Position numbers and translations under genes: made by a program. The notes under the pieces are model-generated. The model did not search any database. It saw only the letters and a program-made list of their open reading frames with translations, and had not been told where the DNA came from. Of a stretch of DNA of 64,000 nucleotides, positions 48,942 to 58,186 are shown in pieces. Positions within the stretch are counted from its first letter, which is position 1. Every line of letters starts with the position of its first letter. The stretch is from Candidatus Poribacteria bacterium (GTDB lineage Bacteria > Poribacteria > WGA-4E > WGA-3G): contig CAXXUA010000004.1 of the NCBI GenBank assembly GCA_963663765.2, forward strand, positions 32,001-96,000, read 5' to 3'.

Positions 48942-51431
48942 ATGAATAAAAAAACAATTCATATTTCTTTAACATTTTATATTTTTTTGTATGTTCTTCT
49001 AATAGTTATATCTGAAACAATTGCAGATCCTGTGGACATTCCTGATCCTGGCCTTCGCAAAGCATTAGAAGTGATGCTTAATAAGAAGCCGGGTGAAATA
49101 ATTACTGAGGCGGAAATGGGAGCGGAGAATTTCAAAATCCTTGGTGCACAGGAAAGGAATATTAACGATTTAACAGGACTTGAATTTGCAACCAACCTTC
49201 AATATGTATATCTTGAGTGGAATTCAATCTCAGATTTGTCACCGTTGTCAGAATTAACCAGTTTGGAACATTTACATCTTGAACATAACCAAATATCAGA
49301 CATTTCACCTCTCTCTAACTTTCCTGCACTAAAGAGTCTTAACATTTCATACAACAATCTTACAAGTCTGGAAGGTTTACCAGACCTAAGTTTGGTGTAT
49401 GCGCTCTTTTTACAACACAACCAAATAACCAGCATTAAACCTTTTATAGATCACACCGAATTCACCAGTGTCAATGACCCATATCGTGTTAATGTAGACT
49501 TGGAGGGTAACCCATTAGACGATGATTCTGCAAATATTTACTTTCCAATACTGTTTTTTGATAGAAGTATTGATGTATCTTTCACACTCACATTCATGAA
49601 GAAGGTTTCAGGTGATAAACAAACGGCATCCACCAACACGACGCTGCAACCGTTTGTCATCGAAGTATACAATTACAAAAATGAAAAACTATCGGGAGTC
49701 GCTGTGCGATTTGAACTTACTTCTGGTAGTGGTAGTTTTGTCAATGGTTACAAAAAATATGGTTACGAATCTTTTGATACGACAACTGATGCCGATGGCA
49801 AGGCTTCAGCAACACTAACTGCCGGATCAACAGCTGGCACTTACAAGATTTCTGTGTCTGCAACAATCGTGTATTCAAGTCATATTGGATCAGTAGGCAC
49901 TGGACCCTTTACTTTAACAATTAATGATCCCACACCAACTCAACAACAGGAAACAACACAACAAGAGCAAGAAGAAAATACACAACAACAGGAAACAACA
50001 CAAGAAGAGCAAGAAGAAAATATACAACAACAGGAAACGCAACAACAAGAAGAGGAAACGCAACAACAGGAAACAACACAACAAGTTAGTGAAGAACAAC
50101 AGGAAACAACACAACAACCTGAAACAAAGAACCTGTCTGAACCTGATCCAGATACACAATCTGAACAAAATCTGGAATCTGAGTCAGAACAACAGGAAAC
50201 AACACAACAAGTGAGTGAAGAACAACAGGAAACAACACAACAACCTGAAACAAAGAACCTGTCTGAACCTGATCCAGATACACAATCTGAACAAAATCTG
50301 GAATCTGAGTCAGAACAACAGGAAACAACACAACAAGATATTGAAGCACAACTATTGTCTAAATCTGAATCAGATATACAATCTGAACAACAACTTGAAC
50401 CGGAACCAGAAACAAATTATACTAAAATACCATTTGATTATCACTGGGAAAATGTTGGTAAAGTCGTTATTAGTGAGATTATGTTAGCGACGCTTGGAAA
50501 ATTTCCACAATGGATAGAGTTATACAATACTACTGATCAAGACATAGAGTTGAATGGGTGGAAAATCGTTGGAAGATATAAAGATGATTTAGATGCGGTA
50601 CACATATTAGAATCTCAAGTAATTACAATGTCAATAACAATAAAGGCTAAAGAAACAGTTTTATTAGTAAGTTATACATTACCAAATTTTAGGGACAGAG
50701 TTTCTGAAGGTTTTTCAAACAAAATCTGTTCTTTACAAGCAGCATCAATTAACCTTTGCAATTATAAGGGTCTCGTATTAGAATTACAAGATTCAGAAGG
50801 TAACCCTATTGATCGTATTGGCAATCTAAACGATAAGGACGAAATCGTATGGGAAATTCCTATACTTGTTCGAAATAAAAGAGTTTCTCTTATACGAAGA
50901 CTAAAATCGGTTCGATCACAAGAATATAATTTTTCATTTGGAATGAAAAAATTCGGTTGGTTTCCTGCAGAAAATGTAAAGGATTTGCGTGATAGTAATA
51001 ATCGTTATTTTTATGGCAGTTCAACTGATATCGGAACTCCAGGCTATAGAACAGAATCTGGTGAAATGTTACCTGTTACTTTATCATCGTTTCGTCCTCA
51101 ACTGAATCAAGATGGCCATGTTAGGTTGAGTTGGATTACTGAATCGGAATTAGAAAATGCTGGTTTCAATATCTTGCGTAGTGAGTTTAGAAAAGGTCCG
51201 TTTGTAAAAGTCAATCCGAAACTCATACAAGGTGCTGGTACGACGGGACAACGTAGTTTCTATTCCTGGACAGATACAACAGCAAAACCTGATGTTGAAT
51301 ATTACTACCGACTTGAAGATGTAGCTTTTTCAGGTGAACGACAAACCTTAACAACAAAACGTATAAAAGGAATGCTTTCAGCCAAGAATAGATTTACAAC
51401 GCAATGGGGACGACTAAAATCAAGACATTAA
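48942..51431 (+). CDS. Internalin-like LRR surface protein with Ig-like (Big-1), Q/E/T-rich linker, lamin-tail domain and C-terminal TWGxLK-type motif
   Basis: IPDPGLR cap, L.L..N.ISDLSPLS LRRs, TTDADGKASATLT, VISEIM...QWIELYN, LPVTLSSF, TTQWGRLK. Confidence 0.85.
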   Translation: MNKKTIHISLTFYIFLYVLLIVISETIADPVDIPDPGLRKALEVMLNKKPGEIITEAEMGAENFKILGAQERNINDLTGLEFATNLQYVYLEWNSISDLSPLSELTSLEHLHLEHNQISDISPLSNFPALKSLNISYNNLTSLEGLPDLSLVYALFLQHNQITSIKPFIDHTEFTSVNDPYRVNVDLEGNPLDDDSANIYFPILFFDRSIDVSFTLTFMKKVSGDKQTASTNTTLQPFVIEVYNYKNEKLSGVAVRFELTSGSGSFVNGYKKYGYESFDTTTDADGKASATLTAGSTAGTYKISVSATIVYSSHIGSVGTGPFTLTINDPTPTQQQETTQQEQEENTQQQETTQEEQEENIQQQETQQQEEETQQQETTQQVSEEQQETTQQPETKNLSEPDPDTQSEQNLESESEQQETTQQVSEEQQETTQQPETKNLSEPDPDTQSEQNLESESEQQETTQQDIEAQLLSKSESDIQSEQQLEPEPETNYTKIPFDYHWENVGKVVISEIMLATLGKFPQWIELYNTTDQDIELNGWKIVGRYKDDLDAVHILESQVITMSITIKAKETVLLVSYTLPNFRDRVSEGFSNKICSLQAASINLCNYKGLVLELQDSEGNPIDRIGNLNDKDEIVWEIPILVRNKRVSLIRRLKSVRSQEYNFSFGMKKFGWFPAENVKDLRDSNNRYFYGSSTDIGTPGYRTESGEMLPVTLSSFRPQLNQDGHVRLSWITESELENAGFNILRSEFRKGPFVKVNPKLIQGAGTTGQRSFYSWTDTTAKPDVEYYYRLEDVAFSGERQTLTTKRIKGMLSAKNRFTTQWGRLKSRH
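50062..50337 (+). repeat. 126-bp (42-aa) near-perfect tandem duplication in a QQETT-rich linker
   Basis: Units start at 50062 and 50188, with a partial third at 50314. Confidence 0.9.
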
Positions 51432-51603
51432 CCCAGTTGTATTTCAATGTTCCGACTACTACATAACCACGCGGACAATAAACAGTGATTTGTTGTCCGT
51501 TATTATATTAATAAAATTCCGTGAACTTTTTTAGCATTTATATGACTAATAAGATGTAAATATCAATATCTTATGTTTATGAAAATTTGGAGATCTGATA
51601 AAA

Positions 51604-52935
51604 ATGAAGTTTATTGCACCAGTATTTATTTTTTTGATCCTTGTTTGTACTGCACTCCCTTGTTTTGGACATGGTGACGAGGAAGTTGCAGAAGATCAAG
51701 AGATGGTCAAATCAACCGGTTTATGGATATACAACGACCTTGAAAAAGGAATAACACAAGCTGAAGAGACAGGTAAACCGATGCTTGTTGTTTTCCGCTG
51801 AGTACCGTGAGTGTCCTGTCAAGGCATTGATGAACAGGTTGTTCGTCACGAAGAATCAATAAAAGATTTAATGGAACAGTTTGTATGTGTACGCATCGTA
51901 CAAGGTAACGGTATTGACCTATCTGTCTTTCAATTTGATTACGATCTCACTTTTGCAGCTTTTTTCATGAACGTTGATAAAACCATTTATGGTCGCTTCG
52001 GTACACGTGCAGAATACAGAAACGCTGCAAAGAATATATCTGTTGAAGGTTTTAAGCAAGCACTTGAAGCAGCACTTGAATTACACAAAGGTTATCCTGA
52101 CAACCAAGCAGTTTTAGCTGCAAAGACTGGTCCTGCTCCTTTAAAGAAAACACCAGAAGCATTTCCCGCATTACAACGATATCCATCTGATGTAAATTTA
52201 AGTAGACGTGTAGAAGGACAGTGTATACATTGCCACCAGATTGGTAAAGCACAACGTGAGATACATTGGTATGATAGGAAACCCGTACCAGATCAAGTGC
52301 TATATCCATTCCCAATGCCCGATGTGTTAGGGTTGAACTTTTCACCTAAACATCGTGCAAAAATTAGTAAGATTACACAAGGTTCGTCAGCAGAAAAAGA
52401 TGGTTTCAAACGCGCTGATGAAATTTTAACACTTGCTGGACAACCGATAATCTCAATTGCTGATATTCAATGGGTGTTACACCGTGCAAAAGACCACGAT
52501 GTATTACCAGTTACTGTGCTTCGTCATGGTGAAGAAATCAATCTTAATCTAACACTCAACAAAGGTTGGCGGAAAGCAAGCGACATCTCCTGGCGAACGA
52601 CAACCTATGAATTACGGCTTGTATCCTTGGGAGGTATGATACTTGAAGACTTGTCGAACACTGAACGCAAACAAAGCAATTTAAGCAATGATAATATGGC
52701 TCTGTTTGTTAAGGATTTGATGCGACGTGATCGTCGTGCAAATAGTCAGACAAATGCTCAAAAAGCGGGTATCCGACGAGGAGACATATTAGTCGGTTTC
52801 GGTGAACGAACTGATCGAGTCTCTGAAAGTAATATCATTGGATATGTGCTACAAGAACAAGCCAAAGCCAAGTCTTTACCTGTTAAAATCAACCGAAATG
52901 GAAATTTGTTAGATGTGAACCTATCACTTGAATAG
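51604..52935 (+). CDS. Exported thioredoxin-like/PDZ selenoprotein with two in-frame UGA (UVPUVSC) and a CxxCH motif
   Basis: ORFs 51604-51801 and 51811-52935 share a frame and are separated only by TGA-GTA-CCG-TGA at the Trx CxxC position (GKPMLVVFR-U-V-P-U); downstream SECIS-like hairpin; signal peptide; PDZ-like segments. Confidence 0.85.
51828..51848 (+). promoter_or_regulatory. Candidate bacterial SECIS element
   Basis: TGATGAACA-GGT-TGTTCGTCA stem-loop (one G.U pair) with an apical G, loop ~26 nt after the second UGA and ~35 nt after the first. Confidence 0.65.
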
Positions 52936-52953
52936 AAAACGATTTTTCATGAG

Positions 52954-53146
52954 CAGGACTTACGCAGTTTTCATGATCCAATTAAGAATTAAGACGAAAA
53001 CGATGTAATTTTCAGCATTTTTTAGGTTTCCGGCGCGCTTACAAAGCACCAAATCAAGTAATCAACGGAATGAATACCTTATGGTATTCCCCGGGTATGA
53101 ATGCCATTTAGGCATTCCCCGCCTACCGTTAGGTGCGTAAGTCCTG
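52954..53146. mobile_element. CAGGACTTACGCA MITE (TSD ATGAG) carrying a ~70-bp hairpin insert in its REP
   Basis: Perfect TIRs and TSD; relative to the 123-bp copies it has an extra segment at 53051-53120. Confidence 0.9.
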
Positions 53147-53178
53147 ATGAGAATTATAACTACATTAAAAGGATTGAC

Positions 53179-54375
53179 ATGTTACGTAAAATAACTCTTA
53201 TACTGGTTTTGTTTTCGATAGCTTGTATCGTTGCAATCACAATTAGTGCAATTGAATCTGCAGAAGAAGTTGATGCGGATAAAACAACTGAAATTGCTAA
53301 GATTTCAAAAGAACCGAACATAGTTGCTTTGTCAAAAGTTATGAAAACATTCCGTGATTCATTAACTGAAGAACTGCTTGTCGCTGCCTCCTATCCGCTT
53401 GGACATAAGGAATCGTATTCTTGGTCTAATCTACCAGCATCAAGGAACAGTGATCGTGGTGGTATTGAATTTGCTAAGTTGTCTTTAGATCAATTAACAC
53501 TTTTTCATAAAGTATTAGATGCATTCTTGAGTGATGAAGGTTTGACCAAAGTATCTCTGATAACAAAAAGAGCAAAAACAACACTCAGCGAAATTAAGAC
53601 AGATTTTTGGAATTCACGTCCCTACTTTATTGCCCTGTTTGGTAACCCAGAGACAGATGGTTCTTGGGGATTCCAACTGGATGGACATCATTTAGCATTG
53701 AACTTTCTGGTGCATGGGGATGAGGTTACTATTGTTCCGAATCATCTCGGGACACAACCCACAATCATAGACGGCGCGATAGTGCTTGAAGACGAAAGAA
53801 AACTTGCATTAGCTCTACTCAATAGTCTTGACACCAATCAGAAAACAAAGGCAATACAAAAAAGCACTCGTCGCGGCTTGAAGGTAGGACCTGGAAGCAG
53901 AACTGACCCTTACCTGAATTATGATTACTCAAACTTTGTTGGTGTTGGTTTGAAAGCATCTGAAATGGATGATGCGCAACAACAGAATCTCCGGAAACTG
54001 ATTAAAGCCTATGTCTACAATCTTGAAACTGAGTTTGCAGATATCTGGATGAAAGACATTGACGTTGAACTTGACGACACCTATTTTGCTTGGATCGGCG
54101 GAACAACAGAAAACGATTCCATTTATTATCGTGTGTTCAATCCAGCGGTTTGGATTGAATTTAACGACGAAGCAAGGGGTAGTGATGGTAAACCGAATCA
54201 TATTCATACGATCACCAGAGCACCCAACGGTAAAGACTACGGTATTTTTGCATTGAATAGAGGTCCAAGAACACTATTAGAACACTATGCAATGGCAGAT
54301 CATCATAAATCAAGTAAAGTGTTTTTTGATTATACAACCTCCGATTTATCAGTAAAAAAAGTGAAGGAGCATTAA
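53179..54375 (+). CDS. DUF3500 domain exported protein
   Basis: WSNLP...RGG, FG.P....WGFQLDGHHLALN, YFAWIG, WIEF, NHIHTITR.P..KDYG; start MLRKI with signal peptide. Confidence 0.8.
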   Translation: MLRKITLILVLFSIACIVAITISAIESAEEVDADKTTEIAKISKEPNIVALSKVMKTFRDSLTEELLVAASYPLGHKESYSWSNLPASRNSDRGGIEFAKLSLDQLTLFHKVLDAFLSDEGLTKVSLITKRAKTTLSEIKTDFWNSRPYFIALFGNPETDGSWGFQLDGHHLALNFLVHGDEVTIVPNHLGTQPTIIDGAIVLEDERKLALALLNSLDTNQKTKAIQKSTRRGLKVGPGSRTDPYLNYDYSNFVGVGLKASEMDDAQQQNLRKLIKAYVYNLETEFADIWMKDIDVELDDTYFAWIGGTTENDSIYYRVFNPAVWIEFNDEARGSDGKPNHIHTITRAPNGKDYGIFALNRGPRTLLEHYAMADHHKSSKVFFDYTTSDLSVKKVKEH

Positions 54376-55013
54376 TGTTTGATCAAGTTTTGTCAGAAGT
54401 TGAGCAACAGTGTCGTGAAGAACGGGTTCCAATGTTGGGACCAGATAAAGCAAAGTTACTTGCGACTACTGTTGAAAAGGCTAAACCCTCTCTCATTGTA
54501 GAGTGTGGTACAGCTATAGGTTACTCTGGTTTATGGATATTGCGTGTTTTGAAGACTTTAGGTTTAGGTCGTTTGATCACAGCAGAGATAAATCCTGAAA
54601 GCGCACAACGAGCAAGAGAAAACTTTAAAAAAGCTGGTGTAGCTGACCTTGTTGATTCACGAATTGGAGATGCAGCAGAAATATTAACAACAATTCAAGA
54701 ACCTGTGGATTTTTTGTTCCTTGACAACAACAAGGACGGCTATTACGCTTGTTTTAATGCAATTGAACCACAGTTAACCAGTCCTGCAACGATAGTTGCA
54801 GACAATGTTGGAAGAGCAGATCAGATGGCGGATTATCTGGAACATGTCCGATCTAACTACGAGTCAGAAACCCATTGGTTTGAAAGACGTCGAAGACGCA
54901 GACCTGATAGCGGTGGGGAAGCAAATCGTGGACCACGTAGACGAGACGGTGATGAAGGTAACAGAGGTCCACGCAGACGTGACGGAATGGAAGTTAGTAT
55001 TTTTCGTCGTTGA
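54375..55013 (+). CDS. Class I SAM-dependent O-methyltransferase with Arg-rich insertion
   Basis: VECGTAIGYSGLW, GDA, DFLFLD..K, IVADNV; translationally coupled (TAATG overlap). Confidence 0.88.
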   Translation: MFDQVLSEVEQQCREERVPMLGPDKAKLLATTVEKAKPSLIVECGTAIGYSGLWILRVLKTLGLGRLITAEINPESAQRARENFKKAGVADLVDSRIGDAAEILTTIQEPVDFLFLDNNKDGYYACFNAIEPQLTSPATIVADNVGRADQMADYLEHVRSNYESETHWFERRRRRRPDSGGEANRGPRRRDGDEGNRGPRRRDGMEVSIFRR

Positions 55014-55023
55014 AGTGAAAATA

Positions 55024-56466
55024 TTATTCCTTTTTTGCACAAGGAACAATTATGGAATCCACCATACCGTGTAAGATTTTCTTATCTGCGGGACAGACAG
55101 TTGCTTGGATTCCACCTAATTTGACTGTATCTCCTACGACAAAATAGTATGGACGGAGTAGCGGTCGACACGGCATCTCCTGCATCGCTTCTGTTTCAAA
55201 GTCATAGTATTGCATCCGAACACGTTTTGCAGTGTGAAACTGCTGCATCACGTGAGGTGTATTTTCAAAGGATGCAAGACTATCATTAATTGCAGTTTCC
55301 CACTCCTCTGTAGGTAGATCATGTCCGATTTTCACACCACGACTTCCCCATGCGAGTTCTGAAAAACCTGATGGTTTTATGACTAATTCACGTTGCTTTT
55401 GTGTAACGGTACTTAGTTGCTTCCAATCGGTTAAAGCGATTCCGTCAATATCCAGGTTTGGAATAACTGCGTGTGGTGGTAATGGACGAGGATCGAGAAT
55501 CCAAGTTTGTGGTATCACTTCCTGAAGAAAAGAATGAGACTTCTTCCCAAGCTGACGTTGCCAGAACGGTTGTAGAGATGAATGGTGAAAGAGAGCAAGA
55601 CATAACTTTTCTTCCAAATATGCTTTTGGTGGTGGTGTCATCATAACGGTGCGTTTCTTTGCACTATAGAAAATCAGTTCTACTTTTGGAATGTTCGGTA
55701 GATCAAACATTTCATAAAATCGGTATACAACATCAACTTTATATTTTCCGTGATTATCTTCAACTAAGAGTCCCTCTTCAGTAAAAGCGATTTCAGGTGT
55801 TTTGAGTGCAACTGTTCTAAGTCCAGCATCACAAAGAGCATCCGCAAGCCATATCATCTCTGGATGATAGTCCTCAGATTCATCTGACACCACAATCGCA
55901 AGGGTAGCATCCTTTTTCTTTGCTAAAGCGCGAATCATCTCGGCAAATCCAACCACCATACCATCTTTACCCCCGATGATGTCATATCCGAGTTTTGTAT
56001 ATAGTCGTGCCAGACAACCTGTTCCACCGATGAAGCCTGGTATAGAGTCCAACTCAGTTATTACGCGTTCCTCATCGGAAGTGGGTAATATATCTGGTCG
56101 CATGACACCGGGAAGTTGTGTTTTAAAGCGGTTCATTCGTCCTTGCTGGATGACACTTTCCGGTTTGCCAATATCTAAGTATTCTGCGACCCAATCAGGT
56201 TGAATACCTCGAACACTTTGAGAATAAAGGAGATTACATGCGCGGTAAAATGTTAAAAGGTGAGGACCGAGTTCTTCTAACCAGTTCAGTTCTGACTCAG
56301 TTAGCCAGAACGGTTCGGGTGAGATTCGCCATGAGGTATTGCAATCGTGATGGACTGCCCTTTTTTCTGCGGTAAATAATTTCTCTTTCGGTATTTCGTC
56401 ATTAATTAACAGACATAACTGTTTTGCATCCAAACTATAACTCCCAAATGAAAATAATGTTGTCAA
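55024..56466 (-). CDS. ATP-grasp-like ligase (circularly permuted/GSP-synthase-like), function unknown
   Basis: MRPD...ITELDS.PG, VYRFYE, LVIKPSG...WGSRGV, VMQQF. Confidence 0.6.
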   Translation of the reverse strand: MTTLFSFGSYSLDAKQLCLLINDEIPKEKLFTAEKRAVHHDCNTSWRISPEPFWLTESELNWLEELGPHLLTFYRACNLLYSQSVRGIQPDWVAEYLDIGKPESVIQQGRMNRFKTQLPGVMRPDILPTSDEERVITELDSIPGFIGGTGCLARLYTKLGYDIIGGKDGMVVGFAEMIRALAKKKDATLAIVVSDESEDYHPEMIWLADALCDAGLRTVALKTPEIAFTEEGLLVEDNHGKYKVDVVYRFYEMFDLPNIPKVELIFYSAKKRTVMMTPPPKAYLEEKLCLALFHHSSLQPFWQRQLGKKSHSFLQEVIPQTWILDPRPLPPHAVIPNLDIDGIALTDWKQLSTVTQKQRELVIKPSGFSELAWGSRGVKIGHDLPTEEWETAINDSLASFENTPHVMQQFHTAKRVRMQYYDFETEAMQEMPCRPLLRPYYFVVGDTVKLGGIQATVCPADKKILHGMVDSIIVPCAKKE

Positions 56467-56472
56467 TTATCC

Positions 56473-58056
56473 TTAGAGAATAACCTGCTTGACAGAATCT
56501 ATTTTATCCTGTGCAGCGATTGACTTGATGACATTGCGCGGAACGAAACTATCCACATTAATAAGGGTCAACGCAACATCTTCAATGCGGGATCGACCCA
56601 CCGTCATATCCGCTATGTTTATATTGTGTTCTCCCAAGATGGTACCCATAAGTCCAATAATCCCAGGTTGGTCTCGATTGCTAATGAGGAGAATATGTCC
56701 TTCAGGAGTTGCATTTAGATCAAGTTGGTTGATGCGAACAATGCGTATCTCTTTGCGTCCGAAGGTTGTCCCAGCAAGGATTGTATCACCTTTATCGGTT
56801 GTAACGGTGACTGTGATCAAGTTTGAATAATCAGTCTCTGCATCGCTCTTGGTCTGTGTCACGGAAATTCCGCGTTGTTTAACCAAGAAAGGAGCATTCA
56901 CATAATTTACCTCTGATATCACAGGTGTCAATAGACCTTTCTGTAATGCGACTGTAATCGGTTTAACATCCTCTTGTTGAAAAAGAGTTCCACTATATTG
57001 AATTTTGATTGTAGATATTTGACCTTCAACTATTTGCGCGTGGAAACTACCAATTTTCTCTGCAAGTTCAAGATAAGGACCCAAGATGTCATACATTCTC
57101 GGATCAATTTTGGGTTGATTGACAGCATTAGCGACAGGTTTACCTTGAAGTGCGTTAATGACTTGTTGTGCGACTTCAATGGATACATGTTCTTGTGCTT
57201 CGGTTGTGGATGCACCAAGGTGAGGTAGAGCGAGGACGTTATCCAATTCAAGGAGTGGACTGTCAATTGCGGGTTCGTCTTCAAACACATCAAGCGCAGC
57301 ACCAGCGATCTGTTTATCTTTCAATGCAGCGTAGAGTGCAGTTTCTTCTATGATACCGCCACGTGCACAATTGATGATTCTCGCGGTAGGTTTCATGAGT
57401 TTTATTTCAGATTCACCAATGCTGTGGTAGGTTTCTGCGGTAAGAAGTGCATGAACAGAGATAAAATCAGATTCACGAAAGAGCGAATCACGGTCAACGA
57501 GACGCACACCCATTTTATCAGCTGAGTTTGCGGTAATGAATGGGTCAAAAGCAATGAGTTTCATCTCAAATGCATTTGCACGTTTTGCGACTTCACGTCC
57601 AATTTTCCCAAGACCAACAGTTCCAAATACTTTACCGTAAAGTTCAACGCCAATATAATCATTTCGTTCCCAAATACGATCTCTAAGTGATATTCCTGCA
57701 GGAACAAGGTTTCGTGCTAATGCTAGCAACATTGCGATGGTGTGTTCCGCTGCTGCGATTGTATTACCATCAGGAGTATTTACAACTAAAATGCCGCTTT
57801 TTGTAGCTGCTTCAACGTCGATATTATCTACACCGACTCCTGCACGTCCGATTACCTTAAGCTGCTTTGCTGCATCAATAACATCTGCTGTTACTCTTGT
57901 CCCACTTCTAATCAATAGTGCATCATAATCCGCAATACGTTTTAACAAATTCTCATGTGACAATTCTAACTCAACATCTACCTTGAAGTCACCATTGTTG
58001 ATTAAGACATCTAATCCTTGCTGCGATAGCAAATCACTAATCAGCACTTTGTTCAT
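56473..58056 (-). CDS. serA: D-3-phosphoglycerate dehydrogenase
   Basis: GRAGVGVDNID, NTIAAAEH, GLGKIG, NCARGG, PHLGAST, ASB and ACT domains; start MNKVLI after GGAGG. Confidence 0.95.
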   Translation of the reverse strand: MNKVLISDLLSQQGLDVLINNGDFKVDVELELSHENLLKRIADYDALLIRSGTRVTADVIDAAKQLKVIGRAGVGVDNIDVEAATKSGILVVNTPDGNTIAAAEHTIAMLLALARNLVPAGISLRDRIWERNDYIGVELYGKVFGTVGLGKIGREVAKRANAFEMKLIAFDPFITANSADKMGVRLVDRDSLFRESDFISVHALLTAETYHSIGESEIKLMKPTARIINCARGGIIEETALYAALKDKQIAGAALDVFEDEPAIDSPLLELDNVLALPHLGASTTEAQEHVSIEVAQQVINALQGKPVANAVNQPKIDPRMYDILGPYLELAEKIGSFHAQIVEGQISTIKIQYSGTLFQQEDVKPITVALQKGLLTPVISEVNYVNAPFLVKQRGISVTQTKSDAETDYSNLITVTVTTDKGDTILAGTTFGRKEIRIVRINQLDLNATPEGHILLISNRDQPGIIGLMGTILGEHNINIADMTVGRSRIEDVALTLINVDSFVPRNVIKSIAAQDKIDSVKQVIL

Positions 58057-58186
58057 AGTTTTAAATCCTCCCGCCAAAGCAGCTTTGAGCATTTGCAATT
58101 GTAGCACTTAAGGTTAGCGGTGTCAATATATTTTCAAAGATTACTTGTGGTTTTTCTGGTATTAGCAACAAAGTTTTATGTTGCAT

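Noticed and set aside
51604-51801. Separate 65-aa protein and 374-aa protein (51811-52935)
   Set aside because: Same frame, split in the middle of a thioredoxin fold by two TGAs at Cys positions; the second part has no RBS. Better explained as one selenoprotein.
51799-51810. Genome-wide TGA reassignment (code 4/25) as the explanation for the in-frame TGAs
   Set aside because: Other genes end properly at TGA (e.g. 15299, 55013, 63338) and the long ORFs contain no internal TGA.
53101-53178. N-terminal extension MPFRHSPPTV... of the DUF3500 gene (same peptide at 30118)
   Set aside because: It is a translation of the MITE/cassette; the real start is ATG 53179 with a signal peptide.
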